This document shows, one piece after another, positions 14,611-15,581 of a stretch of DNA of 15,581 nt. Made by a program: the position numbers and the translations under genes. Below the pieces are notes generated by a model. It was not told where the DNA came from, made no database searches, and worked only from the letters and a program-made list of their open reading frames with translations. Origin of the DNA: Candidatus Hermodarchaeota archaeon. Its GTDB lineage: Archaea; Asgardarchaeota; Hermodarchaeia; Hermodarchaeales; Hermodarchaeaceae. The stretch is taken from the NCBI GenBank assembly GCA_016839365.1, contig JAEOUH010000090.1:1-15581 (forward strand). Reading direction: 5' to 3'. Position 1 is the stretch's first letter, and the number at the start of each line of letters is the position of its first letter.

Positions 14611-15581
14611 CTATTTCTTACTCTTTCGTTTCCGTGGTTGGGATTTTCCACGGCGCCTCCGGAGGGCAACAATAACCACGATTACGATGACTATGATGAC
14701 GATAACTAACACAAGAAATAACGGATCAATTGGGAACGGGGTCGGAATGAATGGACCTGGCTCCGTAACTCGAAGCAACCAGAAATCACCGCCACCCGCA
14801 TCGAAGCTACTTGTGTCACCAAGAATGGCAAAACCACCGCTACTCACACGGATTATTTCCATCGCTCGATCTTCTCCAGCCCCCCCGAATGTCTGGTTCC
14901 ACAGCAGGGTTCCGTCTAAATCGGTTCGTAATACCCAGACATCATTAGCCCCTGCCCCAAAACTCGCCGTATAGGCTGCAATCGTTATTGCACCTGGACT
15001 CGCTTCTAGTACGGACATCCCATACTCAACTGCAGCCCCCCCATAGGTTTTATTCCAAAGTAGAGTGCCATCGGAAGCAGTGCGCAACAACCAAACATCG
15101 GAGTCGCCTGCGCCAAAACTATAGGTATAACCAGCGATGGCAAAGCCACCGGTACTTAACTCTATTACTGAAAATCCTTGGTCCCATCCGCCACCTCCGT
15201 ACGTTCTACTCCAGAGAAGATTACCATTGGCATCGGTCCGCACTAGCCACACATCTGATGATCCCGCACCATAGCTATTGGTATAGCCCGCGATGGCAAA
15301 GCCACCGGCGCTCACTTCCACCACCGAGTAGCCCTCGTCTAGGCTCCCTCCTCCGTATGTGCGATTCCAGAGATGGTTTCCATCAGCATCAGTTCGGAGT
15401 AACCATACATCCGTTGAACTCGCACCAAAATTATCCGTAGAACCAGTGATGGCAAAGCCACCGGTACTTACCCATACCATGGCGGTTGCGGAGTCACTAA
15501 ACACGCCTCCATAGGTTTTATTCCAAAGTAGAGTGCCATCGGAAGCAGTGCGCAACAACCAAACGTCTAAGGAGCCATTCC
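14611..15581 (-). CDS. Membrane-anchored surface protein with 52-aa repeats (beta-propeller-like), 5' end outside window
   Basis: Repeat consensus DVWLLRTDxxGxLLWNxTYGGxxxDxxxSVxExSxGGFAIAGYTxSFGAG, about 5 copies visible. Pro-rich linker, TM helix LFLVLVIVIIVIVIVVIVAL and RRRRGK tail. The frame stays open to the window edge (...NGSLDVWLLRTASDG). Confidence 0.85.
   Translation of the reverse strand, partial: NGSLDVWLLRTASDGTLLWNKTYGGVFSDSATAMVWVSTGGFAITGSTDNFGASSTDVWLLRTDADGNHLWNRTYGGGSLDEGYSVVEVSAGGFAIAGYTNSYGAGSSDVWLVRTDANGNLLWSRTYGGGGWDQGFSVIELSTGGFAIAGYTYSFGAGDSDVWLLRTASDGTLLWNKTYGGAAVEYGMSVLEASPGAITIAAYTASFGAGANDVWVLRTDLDGTLLWNQTFGGAGEDRAMEIIRVSSGGFAILGDTSSFDAGGGDFWLLRVTEPGPFIPTPFPIDPLFLVLVIVIIVIVIVVIVALRRRRGKSQPRKRKSKK
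15041..15564. repeat. Exact 56-bp intragenic direct repeat (15041-15096 and 15509-15564)
   Basis: CCATAGGTTTTATTCCAAAGTAGAGTGCCATCGGAAGCAGTGCGCAACAACCAAAC occurs twice, offset 468 nt = 3 x 156 nt. Confidence 0.9.

Noticed and set aside
447-15440. Antisense or alternate-frame ORFs in the track (e.g. 714-1229, 3055-3414, 5442-5969, 11487-11807, 13185-13541, 14018-14347, 14555-14974, 14988-15440)
   Set aside because: They overlap well-supported genes and show no recognisable motifs, so they are treated as shadow ORFs.

Overview
Archaeal-looking chromosomal window. The inference rests on GGTGA-type Shine-Dalgarno motifs, several TTG starts, TATA-like boxes, T-tract terminators and Hdr/Mvh/H4MPT genes; an Asgard or Bathyarchaeia-type host is plausible but unproven. 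Gene order: 5'-truncated ArsB/NhaD-type permease (+); DUF2061-like membrane protein (-); tiny protein of two RanBP2-type zinc fingers (+); a translationally coupled three-gene operon (winged-helix HTH + HdrA + MvhD triple fusion, then [NiFe]-hydrogenase small subunit MvhG and large subunit MvhA, with no hdrB/hdrC in the window); an MtdB-like NAD(P)-dependent methylene-H4MPT dehydrogenase with an extra TraB/TIKI-like N-terminal domain; an acetoacetate-decarboxylase-family gene; a 3-hydroxyacyl-CoA dehydrogenase; a GC-richer type II P-type ATPase (-); a small membrane protein; and a truncated 52-aa-repeat membrane-anchored surface protein (-). The best candidate for a new system is the HTH-HdrA-MvhD/MvhG/MvhA operon, a hydrogenase-wired flavo-FeS module carrying its own DNA-binding domain, possibly an H2/redox-sensing transcription regulator. 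Second is an unannotated single-TM micropeptide-like ORF in frame directly behind the ATPase stop codon. Family assignments come from motif recognition by eye; no searches were run.
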